Assembly: GCA_032127875.1 (NCBI GenBank)
Contig: JAQBHI010000126.1
Coordinates: 1,861-65,860, forward strand
Length of the DNA: 64,000 nt
DNA from: Acidobacteriota bacterium
GTDB lineage: Bacteria > Acidobacteriota > Vicinamibacteria > Fen-336
Direction of reading: 5' to 3'
The notes below the pieces were generated by a model. That model worked only from the letters and a program-made list of their open reading frames with translations. It was not told where the DNA came from and did no database searches. The position numbers were made by a program, and so were the translations under genes. Shown here piece after piece: positions 46,730-55,972 of this stretch (within the stretch, counting starts at the first letter, position 1; every line of letters starts with the position of its first letter).

Positions 46730-49107
46730 GGCTCGAGTACCAGCCGGCCCTCGGCGTTCTTTTCGATGTTCACCCGCTCCATCGTGAAGGCATGGTAGCC
46801 GCCCGAGAGCCAGAGCGGCAGCATGTCGTCGTAGTGCGCCGAGGCCGGGATCCCGGACTGGCCCATTGGCAGGATGCTGAGCGACCGCTCGAGATCGCCG
46901 AGGTCGGTGATCTGCCGCATCGAGGGCCCATCGCGAACCTCGAAGTCGGCTTCGTCGAACTCCATCTTGTTCACGGTCGAAGTGTGTCCGGGTACGGCGA
47001 AGCTGCCGCGGTCGAAGTAGGCCGCCAGCAGCCGAGAGCCGCGGCCCAGCGCATGCTGGAACGTGATCGTGTGCAGCCGGCCCCAGCGCCAGCTCGCGGG
47101 ATCGTCACCCAGTGTTCGAAGCAACTCGCGAACCGCGGCAACGAAGCTGGTCCGCAGGATCTGGGAGCGATCCTCGCGCCCCGGCGTGTCGATGCGATCG
47201 AACCAATGCTCCGGGCCGTGTCTCATCACCTGCTCCAGCATGATCGCGGACACGTTCGCATGGGAACGATACGCCCGCGCGAGCTCGGGGCCGAACTCGT
47301 CCTGGAAGATCGCGTAGAAGAGCCTGCGGTAGAACACCGAGAACAGCGTGGGCGCGGCGCGCTCGGCTTTCATGTCTCCGTCCCAACCGCGAAGCTGGCC
47401 GAGCGCCGCGGCGACCACCGCGTCGGCGGGCCCGTCGCCGAAGGCTGCCTCGATCGCCGGCGTGATCTCGCGCGCCGAGACGAGCAGCGTATCCATGTGC
47501 ATCTGCCTCACGTCGTCGAGCGAGTGCCGCGGCCGCGACTCGATCATCTCCTGGATGCGCCGGTAGCGATCGAGCGGCTCCCACTGCGACGAAATGTAGT
47601 AAGGCGAGCTGGGGACGGTGGGGTTGTTCGCGGAGGCGAGCCAGCCCTCGGCCGGGTCGAACGAGGAAGGATTCTCCTCGAACGGGATGAAGCCGTCCCA
47701 GTCTTCGGAGCCGTCCCAGCCGCTGCGAATCGCGCTGCCGTCGAGCCTGCCCCGAAGCCGCGGGATCAGGCCGGTCGTCTGCAGGCCGATGTGGCCGGTC
47801 CGATCGGCATAGGCCACGTTTTGCGAAACCGCGCCAAAGTGACGCACCGCGCCGCGGAATTCGTCCCAGTTACGCGCGCGATTCAAGGCGTAGATGGCTT
47901 CGATCTCGTTGCCCTCCGGCGCAAAGTAGTTCCACTGGTAGGAAAGCGCCTCGGCCTGGCCCGGCAGCAAATCCGAAACCAGCGGCCCATGGGGTGTGGA
48001 GCGAATCGTCAAAGGCACGGGAGCCGCGCCCCTTACGCGGATCTCTTCGCGGCGCTCCTCGAGCTTGACCCACTCGCCGCGGCTCATCACCTCGCCCGGC
48101 GAGCCCGGCCGTAGCTTTTCGGCGAAGAAATCGGCGCCGTCGAGCATCACGTTGGTGAAGCCCCAGGCGATCTCGCGATTGTGGCCGAGGATCACGAACG
48201 GCAGGCCCGGGATCGTGACTCCGGTCACGTCCTGGGTAGGCGTCTTCAGATGCACTTCGTACCAGATGCCCGGCGCGCCATGGCCGAGATGCGGGTCGTT
48301 GGCGAGGATCGGTGCGCCGCTGGTCGTCTTCGACGGGCCGAGGACCCAGTTGTTGCTGGCGTGCAGCGAGGGAACGCTCTCGAGCAGCGCGCGCTCCGCA
48401 GGCGAAAGCTCGAAGAGCGGGAGGCTCGCCGCCGGCCGCGGGGTCATCGCGCGCGGGTGTGCAGAGGGACTCCCGCCGAAGTCGAACGGAAAGATCTCCG
48501 CCAGTCGTTCCGGAGGCAGTCGCGCGGCGAGCTTCGTGTAGAGCGGGTCGAAGTGCCACGACATATTGAGCCCCCACGACATGTAGCCGAGGATGCCGAT
48601 GAAGTCGTCGGCTTTGGCCGGCTCGAAGTCGAGTCCCAGAATCGCGAACTCGGGTGGCAGCCGGCCGTGCAGGGCGGCGGCCGAGGCATTGACGCCGCGG
48701 GCGAAGGCCTCGACCCCCTGGCGAGCCTCGGGTCGTGCGCGCGCCAGCATTGCGACGCCGACACGGTGCAGTTGCATGGTTCGAAACAGCCGATCGGTCT
48801 TGAGCATGGCGGGGCCAAACAACTCCGAGAGGCGACCCTGGCCGAGATGCCGGAGCAGCTCCAGTTGGAACAACCGATCCTGCGCCGTGACAAAGCCGAG
48901 CGCGAAGTAGGCGTCGTCGTCGCAAGCCGCGAAGATGTGCGGCACGCCCCACTGGTCGCGCACGATCTCGGTGCTCGCTCCGATGCCCGTGGCGGCGAGC
49001 GTCCCGTCGATCTGCGGCAGGGCGCGCCGGCCCAGATGGCGCAGGCCCAGGCCGAGCCCGGCCCCGGCCAGCAGCAAGGCGACGAGGACAAGGGCAAGCC
49101 AGCGCAT
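46726..49107 (-). CDS. penicillin-acylase-family Ntn hydrolase (S45; AHL-acylase-like)
   Basis: Signal peptide. SNNW nucleophile region (HASNNWVLGPS). 793 aa. Confidence 0.85.
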   Translation of the reverse strand: MRWLALVLVALLLAGAGLGLGLRHLGRRALPQIDGTLAATGIGASTEIVRDQWGVPHIFAACDDDAYFALGFVTAQDRLFQLELLRHLGQGRLSELFGPAMLKTDRLFRTMQLHRVGVAMLARARPEARQGVEAFARGVNASAAALHGRLPPEFAILGLDFEPAKADDFIGILGYMSWGLNMSWHFDPLYTKLAARLPPERLAEIFPFDFGGSPSAHPRAMTPRPAASLPLFELSPAERALLESVPSLHASNNWVLGPSKTTSGAPILANDPHLGHGAPGIWYEVHLKTPTQDVTGVTIPGLPFVILGHNREIAWGFTNVMLDGADFFAEKLRPGSPGEVMSRGEWVKLEERREEIRVRGAAPVPLTIRSTPHGPLVSDLLPGQAEALSYQWNYFAPEGNEIEAIYALNRARNWDEFRGAVRHFGAVSQNVAYADRTGHIGLQTTGLIPRLRGRLDGSAIRSGWDGSEDWDGFIPFEENPSSFDPAEGWLASANNPTVPSSPYYISSQWEPLDRYRRIQEMIESRPRHSLDDVRQMHMDTLLVSAREITPAIEAAFGDGPADAVVAAALGQLRGWDGDMKAERAAPTLFSVFYRRLFYAIFQDEFGPELARAYRSHANVSAIMLEQVMRHGPEHWFDRIDTPGREDRSQILRTSFVAAVRELLRTLGDDPASWRWGRLHTITFQHALGRGSRLLAAYFDRGSFAVPGHTSTVNKMEFDEADFEVRDGPSMRQITDLGDLERSLSILPMGQSGIPASAHYDDMLPLWLSGGYHAFTMERVNIEKNAEGRLVLEP

Positions 49108-49181
49108 TGGCCGCTGAGGCTACCACCACTCGGCGCGAGCCGGCCACCCCGCATGGTAACGTAGCCGCGGATCAGTTTCGC

Positions 49182-50267
49182 ATGAGGGGCACGCTGCGAC
49201 TGCCGAAACCGTTCTCGATGCGCCACGGCGGCAGCCTCGCGCAGGTCGAGATGGTCTACGAGACCTGGGGCGAGCTCACGCCGCAGAAGGACAACGCGGT
49301 GCTTCTCGTCACCGGCCTCTCGCCGGGCGCTCACGCCCGCTCCTCGGCGGAGAACCAGGCGCCGGGCTGGTGGGAGGAGATGGTCGGCCCGGGCCAGGCC
49401 ATCGACACCGAGCGCTTTCACGTGATCTGCGTGAACTCGCTCGGGAGCTGCCACGGCTCGACCGGGCCGGCTTCGATCGACCCGGCCACCGGTCGTGCGT
49501 ACCGGATGAGCTTCCCGGTGCTCGCGATCGAGGACATTGCGGGCGCCGCCCACGAAACGGTGAAGGCACTCGGCATCGGGCGGCTGCGCGCGATCGTCGG
49601 GCCCTCGCTCGGAGGCATGACCGCGCTCGCCTACTCGATGCTGTTTCCCGACGAGGTGCACGCGCTGCTGACGATCTCGTCGGCGGCGCGGGCCACGCCC
49701 TTCGCGATCGCGATCCGCTCGGTGCAGCGCGAGGCGATCCGCTCCGATCCCGAGTGGAAGGGCGGGGACTACTCGGCCCCGGGCCCGGTCACGGGCCTGC
49801 GCCTGGCCCGCAAGCTGGGGCTCATCACCTACCGCTCGGCCAAGGAATGGCGCCAGCGTTTCGCCCGCGAGCGCGTGGAGGTGAGGGACCCTCAGCAGGG
49901 AATCTTCGGCGTCGAGTTCGAGGTCGAGGCCTATCTCGAGGCCCATGCCAGGAAGTTCGCGGGCAGCTTCGACCCGAACTGCTATCTTTATCTATCCCGC
50001 TCCATGGACCTGTTCGACATGGCCGAGCACGGAGGCACGGTGAAGGCGGGGCTGGCGCGGATTCGGGCGGCCAAGGTGCTAGTGGTCGGCGTCGAGACCG
50101 ATTTCCTGTTTCCACTCGATCAGCAGCAGGAGCTCGCCACCATTCTCGCCGCTCAGGGTCGCGACGTGAGCTTCGTGGCCCTGCCCTCGGTCCAGGGTCA
50201 CGATTCGTTCCTGGTCGACTTCGACCGCTTCTGTCCCACGGTCGCCGGCTTCATGGCGAAGCTCTAG
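49182..50267 (+). CDS. metX: homoserine O-acetyltransferase
   Basis: Alpha/beta-hydrolase MetX pattern (GPSLGGMTALAYS nucleophile elbow). Start chosen at MRGTLRLP. Confidence 0.85.
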   Translation: MRGTLRLPKPFSMRHGGSLAQVEMVYETWGELTPQKDNAVLLVTGLSPGAHARSSAENQAPGWWEEMVGPGQAIDTERFHVICVNSLGSCHGSTGPASIDPATGRAYRMSFPVLAIEDIAGAAHETVKALGIGRLRAIVGPSLGGMTALAYSMLFPDEVHALLTISSAARATPFAIAIRSVQREAIRSDPEWKGGDYSAPGPVTGLRLARKLGLITYRSAKEWRQRFARERVEVRDPQQGIFGVEFEVEAYLEAHARKFAGSFDPNCYLYLSRSMDLFDMAEHGGTVKAGLARIRAAKVLVVGVETDFLFPLDQQQELATILAAQGRDVSFVALPSVQGHDSFLVDFDRFCPTVAGFMAKL

Positions 50268-51307
50268 TCGACGTAGCCGGCCGTCGTCAGGACGCTGCCC
50301 TTCCTGCCCACGAGCTGCACGTCGACCGTGTGGCGTCCCGGCGGGAGCAGCGGCTTGACGAAGGCCAGGGCGTAGTAGCCTTCGAGTGCGCGTTCGAGGC
50401 GGGCCATGGCCAGCTTCGGGAAGTCGTGGGTCTTGGCGTAGAAGCCGCCGGTGTCCTCAGCGAGTTGCTGCAGCCCAACCTCGAGCGAGTGGTAATCGGC
50501 GTCGGTGATGTCGAGCGAGAACACGACGACGCGGGCGTCTCGGAGCGCGCGACGCGCCTGGTCGTATTCCGGCAGCATCGAGAAGACGCCGCCGGACAGC
50601 CGTCCGAGCCCCCAGCCGAAAAAGGCCAGAGACTTGGTGCCCGGCAGAGCCTCGAGCGCCTTCGCGAGAACCAGGAAGCCCTGCTCGGCGCTCGAGGCGT
50701 TGCGCGCGGCCGCACGATCGTAGGCCGTGACGAGCGACGGTTCGCCGGTTGCCAGCAGGCTCGGTTCCTCGTCGAAAAGGATCGAACGCCCGATGATGCG
50801 GCGCAGTTTGTCCCGGTCGGCGGTGAAGTCGGTCCAAAGACGCAGGTGGGTGTCGAAGGAAGCCACGGCAACCCGGTCCCCCGGTTCGAGGCTGCCCAGC
50901 AGCTTCAGCGCATGGTTCTTCATTTGCAGCAGGCCCGACAGCCGCGAGGCCGAGAGGTCTTTTTGAAAGAAAAACACGAGCTGTCGGCCGGCGGGCGCGG
51001 CGCTCGCGCCGCTTGCGGCGGCCTGCTCCGGCGTGAGGCCCTCGGCGTACGGCGTCGTGCCGGAAACCCACGTGAGAGAGTCCACTACCGCAGGCTTGCC
51101 GTCGACGCTGAGCCGCAAGTGCTCGGGGAGCAGTCCCACGAGGGCTGCTCCCTTGTCGTCGACCACGCGCAGGTCCATGAGGACTCGCGAGACGTCCACG
51201 CGCTCCTCGAACTGCCCTTGCGGCAGCGACTCGTCCGGCTCCTGCGCCGTCGCTGCGGCCGACGCGCACCAGAGCAGCGCCAGCGCGAACGCGGCATGCG
51301 ACTTCAC
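50264..51307 (-). CDS. secreted VWA-domain protein (Acidobacteria-type VWFA-related family)
   Basis: Signal peptide and VWA-like core (LVFFFQKDLS...VVFSLDITD). Confidence 0.55.
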   Translation of the reverse strand: MKSHAAFALALLWCASAAATAQEPDESLPQGQFEERVDVSRVLMDLRVVDDKGAALVGLLPEHLRLSVDGKPAVVDSLTWVSGTTPYAEGLTPEQAAASGASAAPAGRQLVFFFQKDLSASRLSGLLQMKNHALKLLGSLEPGDRVAVASFDTHLRLWTDFTADRDKLRRIIGRSILFDEEPSLLATGEPSLVTAYDRAAARNASSAEQGFLVLAKALEALPGTKSLAFFGWGLGRLSGGVFSMLPEYDQARRALRDARVVVFSLDITDADYHSLEVGLQQLAEDTGGFYAKTHDFPKLAMARLERALEGYYALAFVKPLLPPGRHTVDVQLVGRKGSVLTTAGYVD

Positions 51308-52452
51308 ACGGCGCCTCCCGAGGGGCCAGCGTTGCGCGCCCGTCGCTCCGCCAGCAGCAGGTCCACCATCCGCCCGTAGCTTCTCACACCCTCGGGCGCG
51401 CCCTGCGATCGCAGATAGGCGTCGTTGACGCGCTCGCCGGCCTCGCGCAGCGGCCCTTCGTAGCGCGCCGACCAGGCCGCGATGGCGGCGACGTCGCGCC
51501 GGACAGCCTGGCTGCGCTGAGCCTCGATCTCGCGCGCCGCGGAGGGCTGTGCGGAATCGACAGCCGCGAGCACGTGGAAGCCCGCGATCAGCGCCCCCGA
51601 GTAGCGAAACTCGAGGTCCGGATGCAGCCGACAGGCCAGATACCCCAGGAAGTTCGCCTCGTCCTCGCGCGCAAAGCCCTGGGCGTGGGCGACTTCGTGC
51701 GCGGCGCTGAAGGGCAGCTCGGCTTCGGGCAGCGTTGCGTTGACGAGTGGCTCGGCGCTGAAGGGCAGGTAGATGCCGGCGATACCCAGCCTGGAAAACA
51801 GCGGGGAAGCGAGGGCGGCCTTGGGCCGCGGAGTTGGACCCGCGAGTGCCGGGAACCCGGAGGCGAGCGCGCGGCTGCCGACGCCAACCATGGCGAGCGT
51901 GGCGTCTCGCCCCGCGGCCAGGCGAAAGACGCCCGTGGCATCCTCACTGCGACCGGCGCGCAGAGCGTTGGCCTCCGCGACCAGCTCACGCGCCAGGCTC
52001 GCGAGCTCGCTGGGGGCAGCCGGTCGCATCGCGAGGGCGCTGGTGCGGGCGAATGGCAGACGCCGATAGTTGAGTCCCCAGACGCACAGGAACAACGCGT
52101 ATCCAATTCCCGCGACGAGCAGCAGGCGCCGAGCGGCGGCCGCCAGCAGCACGCGCCGCGGTTGGCTTGGGTGCCGCAGCCGACCCGCGAGCCTCGCGAG
52201 CGCCAGCAGCGCATAGGCGGCGCACACAGCCAGCACGGGTTCACCCAGCGGGAACGGGACGAGGGCAGTGGAGGCCGTCAGCAGGCGCGCGAGATGGGGA
52301 TACACCCCGCGCGCGTAATGCGCTTCGACCTGCGCCGGAAACGCGCTGGCCGCGGCTTGCAGGAGAAGTGCCGCAGCGAGCGGGAGAGCAATAGCGAGCC
52401 GAGGCACGCGAGATCCTAGCGCGCGTGTCGCTTCAGCGGCTTGGATGTTCAA
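51304..52452 (-). CDS. DUF3810-family membrane protein with HEVAH zincin-like motif
   Basis: SAAHEVAHAQGFAREDEANFLGYLAC; N-terminal TM helices. Confidence 0.55.
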   Translation of the reverse strand: MNIQAAEATRALGSRVPRLAIALPLAAALLLQAAASAFPAQVEAHYARGVYPHLARLLTASTALVPFPLGEPVLAVCAAYALLALARLAGRLRHPSQPRRVLLAAAARRLLLVAGIGYALFLCVWGLNYRRLPFARTSALAMRPAAPSELASLARELVAEANALRAGRSEDATGVFRLAAGRDATLAMVGVGSRALASGFPALAGPTPRPKAALASPLFSRLGIAGIYLPFSAEPLVNATLPEAELPFSAAHEVAHAQGFAREDEANFLGYLACRLHPDLEFRYSGALIAGFHVLAAVDSAQPSAAREIEAQRSQAVRRDVAAIAAWSARYEGPLREAGERVNDAYLRSQGAPEGVRSYGRMVDLLLAERRARNAGPSGGAV

Positions 52453-52533
52453 AGTTCTTTTCCGAACCTTTGGGCGGAATGCGTCGTCTTAGAGCCTGTG
52501 AAGCAGATGTCGAAGGGGACGAGGAGGCCTGAG

Positions 52534-52860
52534 ATGAAGCGTAGCTCTTTGATTGTCGCACTGGCGCTTGGAGTACTGGCCGCGGCGCCGCTGGCGCAGG
52601 CTGGCGAGGCGCGGGCCAAGAGGCTCGCAAGCCAGCAGAGCCTGGCCATCGTCATTGCGCAAGCTCGCTTCGAGTTCGAGCGCAGCCATTCCGAGCTGGG
52701 GCTCGTCGGATCGGCGGCGGCTCTGGAAGCGGCGGCAGACAGGCAGTTGCCGAGTCAGCCGCGCTACGGCCTCATCACGGGACTGCCGCTGGGCCTGCCG
52801 AACGTGTTTGCCACCACGACTGCATCCGTCGGAACACCGCTTCCTGCTCCGGCTCGTTGA
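52534..52860 (+). CDS. small secreted hypothetical protein
   Basis: MKRSSLIVALALGVLAAAPLAQA signal peptide. GGAGG SD 7 nt upstream. Confidence 0.4.
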   Translation: MKRSSLIVALALGVLAAAPLAQAGEARAKRLASQQSLAIVIAQARFEFERSHSELGLVGSAAALEAAADRQLPSQPRYGLITGLPLGLPNVFATTTASVGTPLPAPAR

Positions 52861-53644
52861 ACATCTCGTGGTAGAGGCCGGCCCAGCGGACGTACTCCAC
52901 CAGGCCAGCGGGGGCGCCCCTGGCCCAGCGCTCGGCGGCTTCGGGATCCACCAGGCGGTCGCTTCCCGAGGACATCAGCAGCAACGGAACTCGCAACGAG
53001 GACGCTGTCCGAAACGTGTCTTCGACGGCCGCGAGCATTGATGTGAACCAGCGCGAGGACACCCGCCTGCTGACGAGCGGATCCCGCCGATAGGCCTCGA
53101 CGACGGCCGGGTCCCGCGAGACGAGTTCGGGATTCACGCTGTTGGCAAGGCGCAGTCGCGGCGCCAGCAGCGAAAGGGCCCACGCGGCCGCCCCCAGCAG
53201 CGGCCCCGGTCGCGACGAGGGATGCACGCCGAGCAGCGGCGATGACACGATGGCGCCCGCCACAGCCGCGGGCGATGCAAGCACGCTGCGCAGCACGATC
53301 AGCCCGCCCTGCGAGTGCCCCACCAGAAGCAGCGGGAGCGAGGGGTGTTCGGCGCCTGCCTTGGCCCGCAGCAGGGCGAGGTCTTCGACGAACTCGTCGA
53401 AGCGCTCGACGTGGACGCGGGCACCCTGGCTGCGGCCATGGCCGCGATAGTCGAAGCCGAGCACCACGAAGCCGCGCTCCGCAAAGTACGAGGCGACGTG
53501 GAGGTAGCGGCCGGAGTGCTCGCCAAGGCCGTGCACCAGCAGCATCACGGCTTGCGGATGGTCCGGGAGCCACTCACGCCAGAACAGCTTCAGGCCCTCG
53601 CGGGTTGGCAGCCAGCCGTCCTGTTGCGGCACGCCGATGGTCAC
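52775..53644 (-). CDS. alpha/beta hydrolase (lysophospholipase / monoglyceride-lipase-like)
   Basis: LLVHGLGEHSGRY...VGHSQGG nucleophile elbow. GTG start overlaps the upstream TGA. Confidence 0.75.
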   Translation of the reverse strand: MTIGVPQQDGWLPTREGLKLFWREWLPDHPQAVMLLVHGLGEHSGRYLHVASYFAERGFVVLGFDYRGHGRSQGARVHVERFDEFVEDLALLRAKAGAEHPSLPLLLVGHSQGGLIVLRSVLASPAAVAGAIVSSPLLGVHPSSRPGPLLGAAAWALSLLAPRLRLANSVNPELVSRDPAVVEAYRRDPLVSRRVSSRWFTSMLAAVEDTFRTASSLRVPLLLMSSGSDRLVDPEAAERWARGAPAGLVEYVRWAGLYHEMFNEPEQEAVFRRMQSWWQTRSAGPAAVP

Positions 53645-54480
53645 GGTGTCGGGTCGGCTTCGACCTTGAGGTCGACGCTCCAGTCGGAGCCGCTCGAGCG
53701 CGACCCGCCGCCGAGGAGGACCGTTTCCCGCTCGGATGCCTGCGTCGCGCTGGCGCCGACGTGAAGCCATTCGCCAAGGCGGCCCGACACGACGCTGTCG
53801 AGGCGCCGCTCCCGCACCGAGGCCGCCACGCGCAGGGCGTCGCGCGCGACGGCGATCTCGAGCGTCACCAGTGAGCCGGCGAGACGGGGCAGCACCCAAA
53901 AGCCAGTATCCGCGTTCACCCACGCCGTTGCTGTGACGACGGTCGATTGAGGCCCGACGATCGCCGTCGGCACGGGAACCGAGTCGCCTACCCGGATGAA
54001 GGCCGGCTGGTTCTCGAGGGCCTGTAGCCGCTGCACGTCCTGACCGGAGGCCTGGCTCGAGTTCTGGCTGAGGGCGCCGGTGACGCGCGTCCGGGAGCCG
54101 GACGTGGTGACAATTGCACCGTCGGGCGACACGCGCACGCTTCCCGCGTTTGCGGCAACGGTTCCGGAAAGCTGACCCTCGCGCGTCTCGCTCGCCGAGT
54201 TGGTGGCCTGGCGGACGCTGATCCACAGCCTGCGCGGCGCAACGTCCAGCTGTGCCACGACCACCCGAATCTGCGCCATCGCCGCCGGCGTCGCGCGAAC
54301 GACCAGCCGGTTCTGCATGCTGGTGACGGCACCCTCGGGCCCCGCCAGCGGCAGAAGCGGCGCGACCAGCTCGTCCGCGGGACGATTGTGCACCGTCAGG
54401 ACCTCGACCAGTGTGTCCTCGCCGGCTGCGAATCCGCTCGTAAGCAGCAGCAGGGCGATCAGTCGCATGGCCAGGCGCAT
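53641..54480 (-). CDS. secreted hypothetical protein (279 aa)
   Basis: MRLAMRLIALLLLTSGFAAG signal peptide; T/S/V-rich beta-like composition. Confidence 0.45.
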   Translation of the reverse strand: MRLAMRLIALLLLTSGFAAGEDTLVEVLTVHNRPADELVAPLLPLAGPEGAVTSMQNRLVVRATPAAMAQIRVVVAQLDVAPRRLWISVRQATNSASETREGQLSGTVAANAGSVRVSPDGAIVTTSGSRTRVTGALSQNSSQASGQDVQRLQALENQPAFIRVGDSVPVPTAIVGPQSTVVTATAWVNADTGFWVLPRLAGSLVTLEIAVARDALRVAASVRERRLDSVVSGRLGEWLHVGASATQASERETVLLGGGSRSSGSDWSVDLKVEADPTP

Positions 54481-54512
54481 GGGGGCGACGTTAGACCCCC
54501 CGCCCGCCGTGG

Positions 54513-55385
54513 TCAAGAGCGCGCGCGCTGAACGAGCGCGACACCGGCGACGAGGACCGCGCCGCCCGCGAGCGTCGCCGCGCTCACCGGCTCGCCGAGC
54601 AGGGCGACTGCCGCAGCCAGCGTGACGAGCGGTTCGAGGTACAAGAACGCCGCAACACGCGAGGCCTCGATCCGTGCGAGGGCTGCGTACCAGAACCAAT
54701 AGCCGAGCGCCGAACAACACACACCCAGGAAGAAGACCGCGGCCCACCCGGCGGGGGTGAGTCGCAATAGCTCGCGCCAGGCGTGTGTCGCGACGAACAC
54801 CGGCAGCAGTAGCAGGGCGCCCGCGCTCATCGCGCCCGCAGTGGCGCTCGTTGGGCCGAGGCGGACGAGCGTGCCGTGGCCGATCACGGAGTAGAAGGCC
54901 CAGTTGAGCGTGCTGAGGAGAATCAGCAGGTCGCCACGCGTCGAGGGCAGCGCAGCGAACGCCGAGAGCGAGCCCCGGGTCACGACCCACGCCGCACCCA
55001 GAAAGCCAATCAGCAAGCCGAGCAGCTTGCCCGGTCCAAGGCGCTCGCGCCGCGCGAAGATGGAGAACAGCGCCGCCCACAGGGGCGTGAGGCCGATCAG
55101 CCAGCCGGTACTGATGGCGCTGGTCAGGGTGAGCGCATAGGCCTGGAGCAGTTGGTGAAAACTCACGCCGACGAAGCCCAGGAAAAGCAGCGCCGGCCAG
55201 GCGGCACGCGCTGGCAGCAAGCGCTCGCCGCGCGCGGCGAGCAGCGCGCCGAGGGCCGCGGCGCCGATGCAGGCGCGCGCGGAGACCAGCGCGAGCGGGG
55301 AAATCTGGCCGACGAGGAACTTCGTCGCGACGAAGGAGACGCCCCAGAACACTACGGCGATCATGACTCCCAGCCGCGCCGGCAT
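54513..55385 (-). CDS. DMT-superfamily (EamA-like) transporter
   Basis: 10-TM pattern with duplicated EamA halves. Confidence 0.75.
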   Translation of the reverse strand: MPARLGVMIAVVFWGVSFVATKFLVGQISPLALVSARACIGAAALGALLAARGERLLPARAAWPALLFLGFVGVSFHQLLQAYALTLTSAISTGWLIGLTPLWAALFSIFARRERLGPGKLLGLLIGFLGAAWVVTRGSLSAFAALPSTRGDLLILLSTLNWAFYSVIGHGTLVRLGPTSATAGAMSAGALLLLPVFVATHAWRELLRLTPAGWAAVFFLGVCCSALGYWFWYAALARIEASRVAAFLYLEPLVTLAAAVALLGEPVSAATLAGGAVLVAGVALVQRARS

Positions 55386-55434
55386 CGAGGCAGGGTAGGG
55401 GCGGCGGCTCGGCCAGTCAAAGTAAGATGGGCGG

Positions 55435-55968
55435 ATGCACTTCCGCGTGTGCCGCGAGTGTGGCGAGGAGTATCGACCCGAGGTCGTCGTCTGCAGCGAC
55501 TGCGGGGGTGCCCTGGAGGACCACTACGAGGGCATTGATCTGGCGCCCGACGGATCCGATATTCGGGCCGCGGCGCCGCTCGTCGAGCTCTCCGCGGGAC
55601 CCCTGGTGCCCCTGGCGACCGCGGCTTCGGCGGCCGAGATCGAGCCGTTTGGACGGATTCTCGGGGAGGCTGGAATCCGCTTCGCCGTGCGCGGGTCGAT
55701 AAGATCGTTCGAGCTGTTGGTCGCGGCCGACGAACACGATACGGCGCTCGCCGCGCTGGAGGCGGGTGCTGGAAGAAACGCGGCAGCCATGGAGACGATC
55801 GCGTCTTGCCCGGCCTGCGCAACGGCGGTAACTCCGACGACGCTCGAGTGCCCGGAGTGCGGGCTCGGCCTGGGTGCCGAGGATGCCTCGCAGGCGCCGC
55901 GCTGCAGCCGGTGCGGAGGGCCCCTGGTGGGCGGTGTGCCCTGCGCCGCGTGCTCTTCCGGCGAGTGA
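55435..55968 (+). CDS. double zinc-ribbon hypothetical protein
   Basis: CxxC-x13-CxxC at the N-terminus and three further CxxC pairs at the C-terminus. Confidence 0.45.
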   Translation: MHFRVCRECGEEYRPEVVVCSDCGGALEDHYEGIDLAPDGSDIRAAAPLVELSAGPLVPLATAASAAEIEPFGRILGEAGIRFAVRGSIRSFELLVAADEHDTALAALEAGAGRNAAAMETIASCPACATAVTPTTLECPECGLGLGAEDASQAPRCSRCGGPLVGGVPCAACSSGE

Positions 55969-55972
55969 GGCG

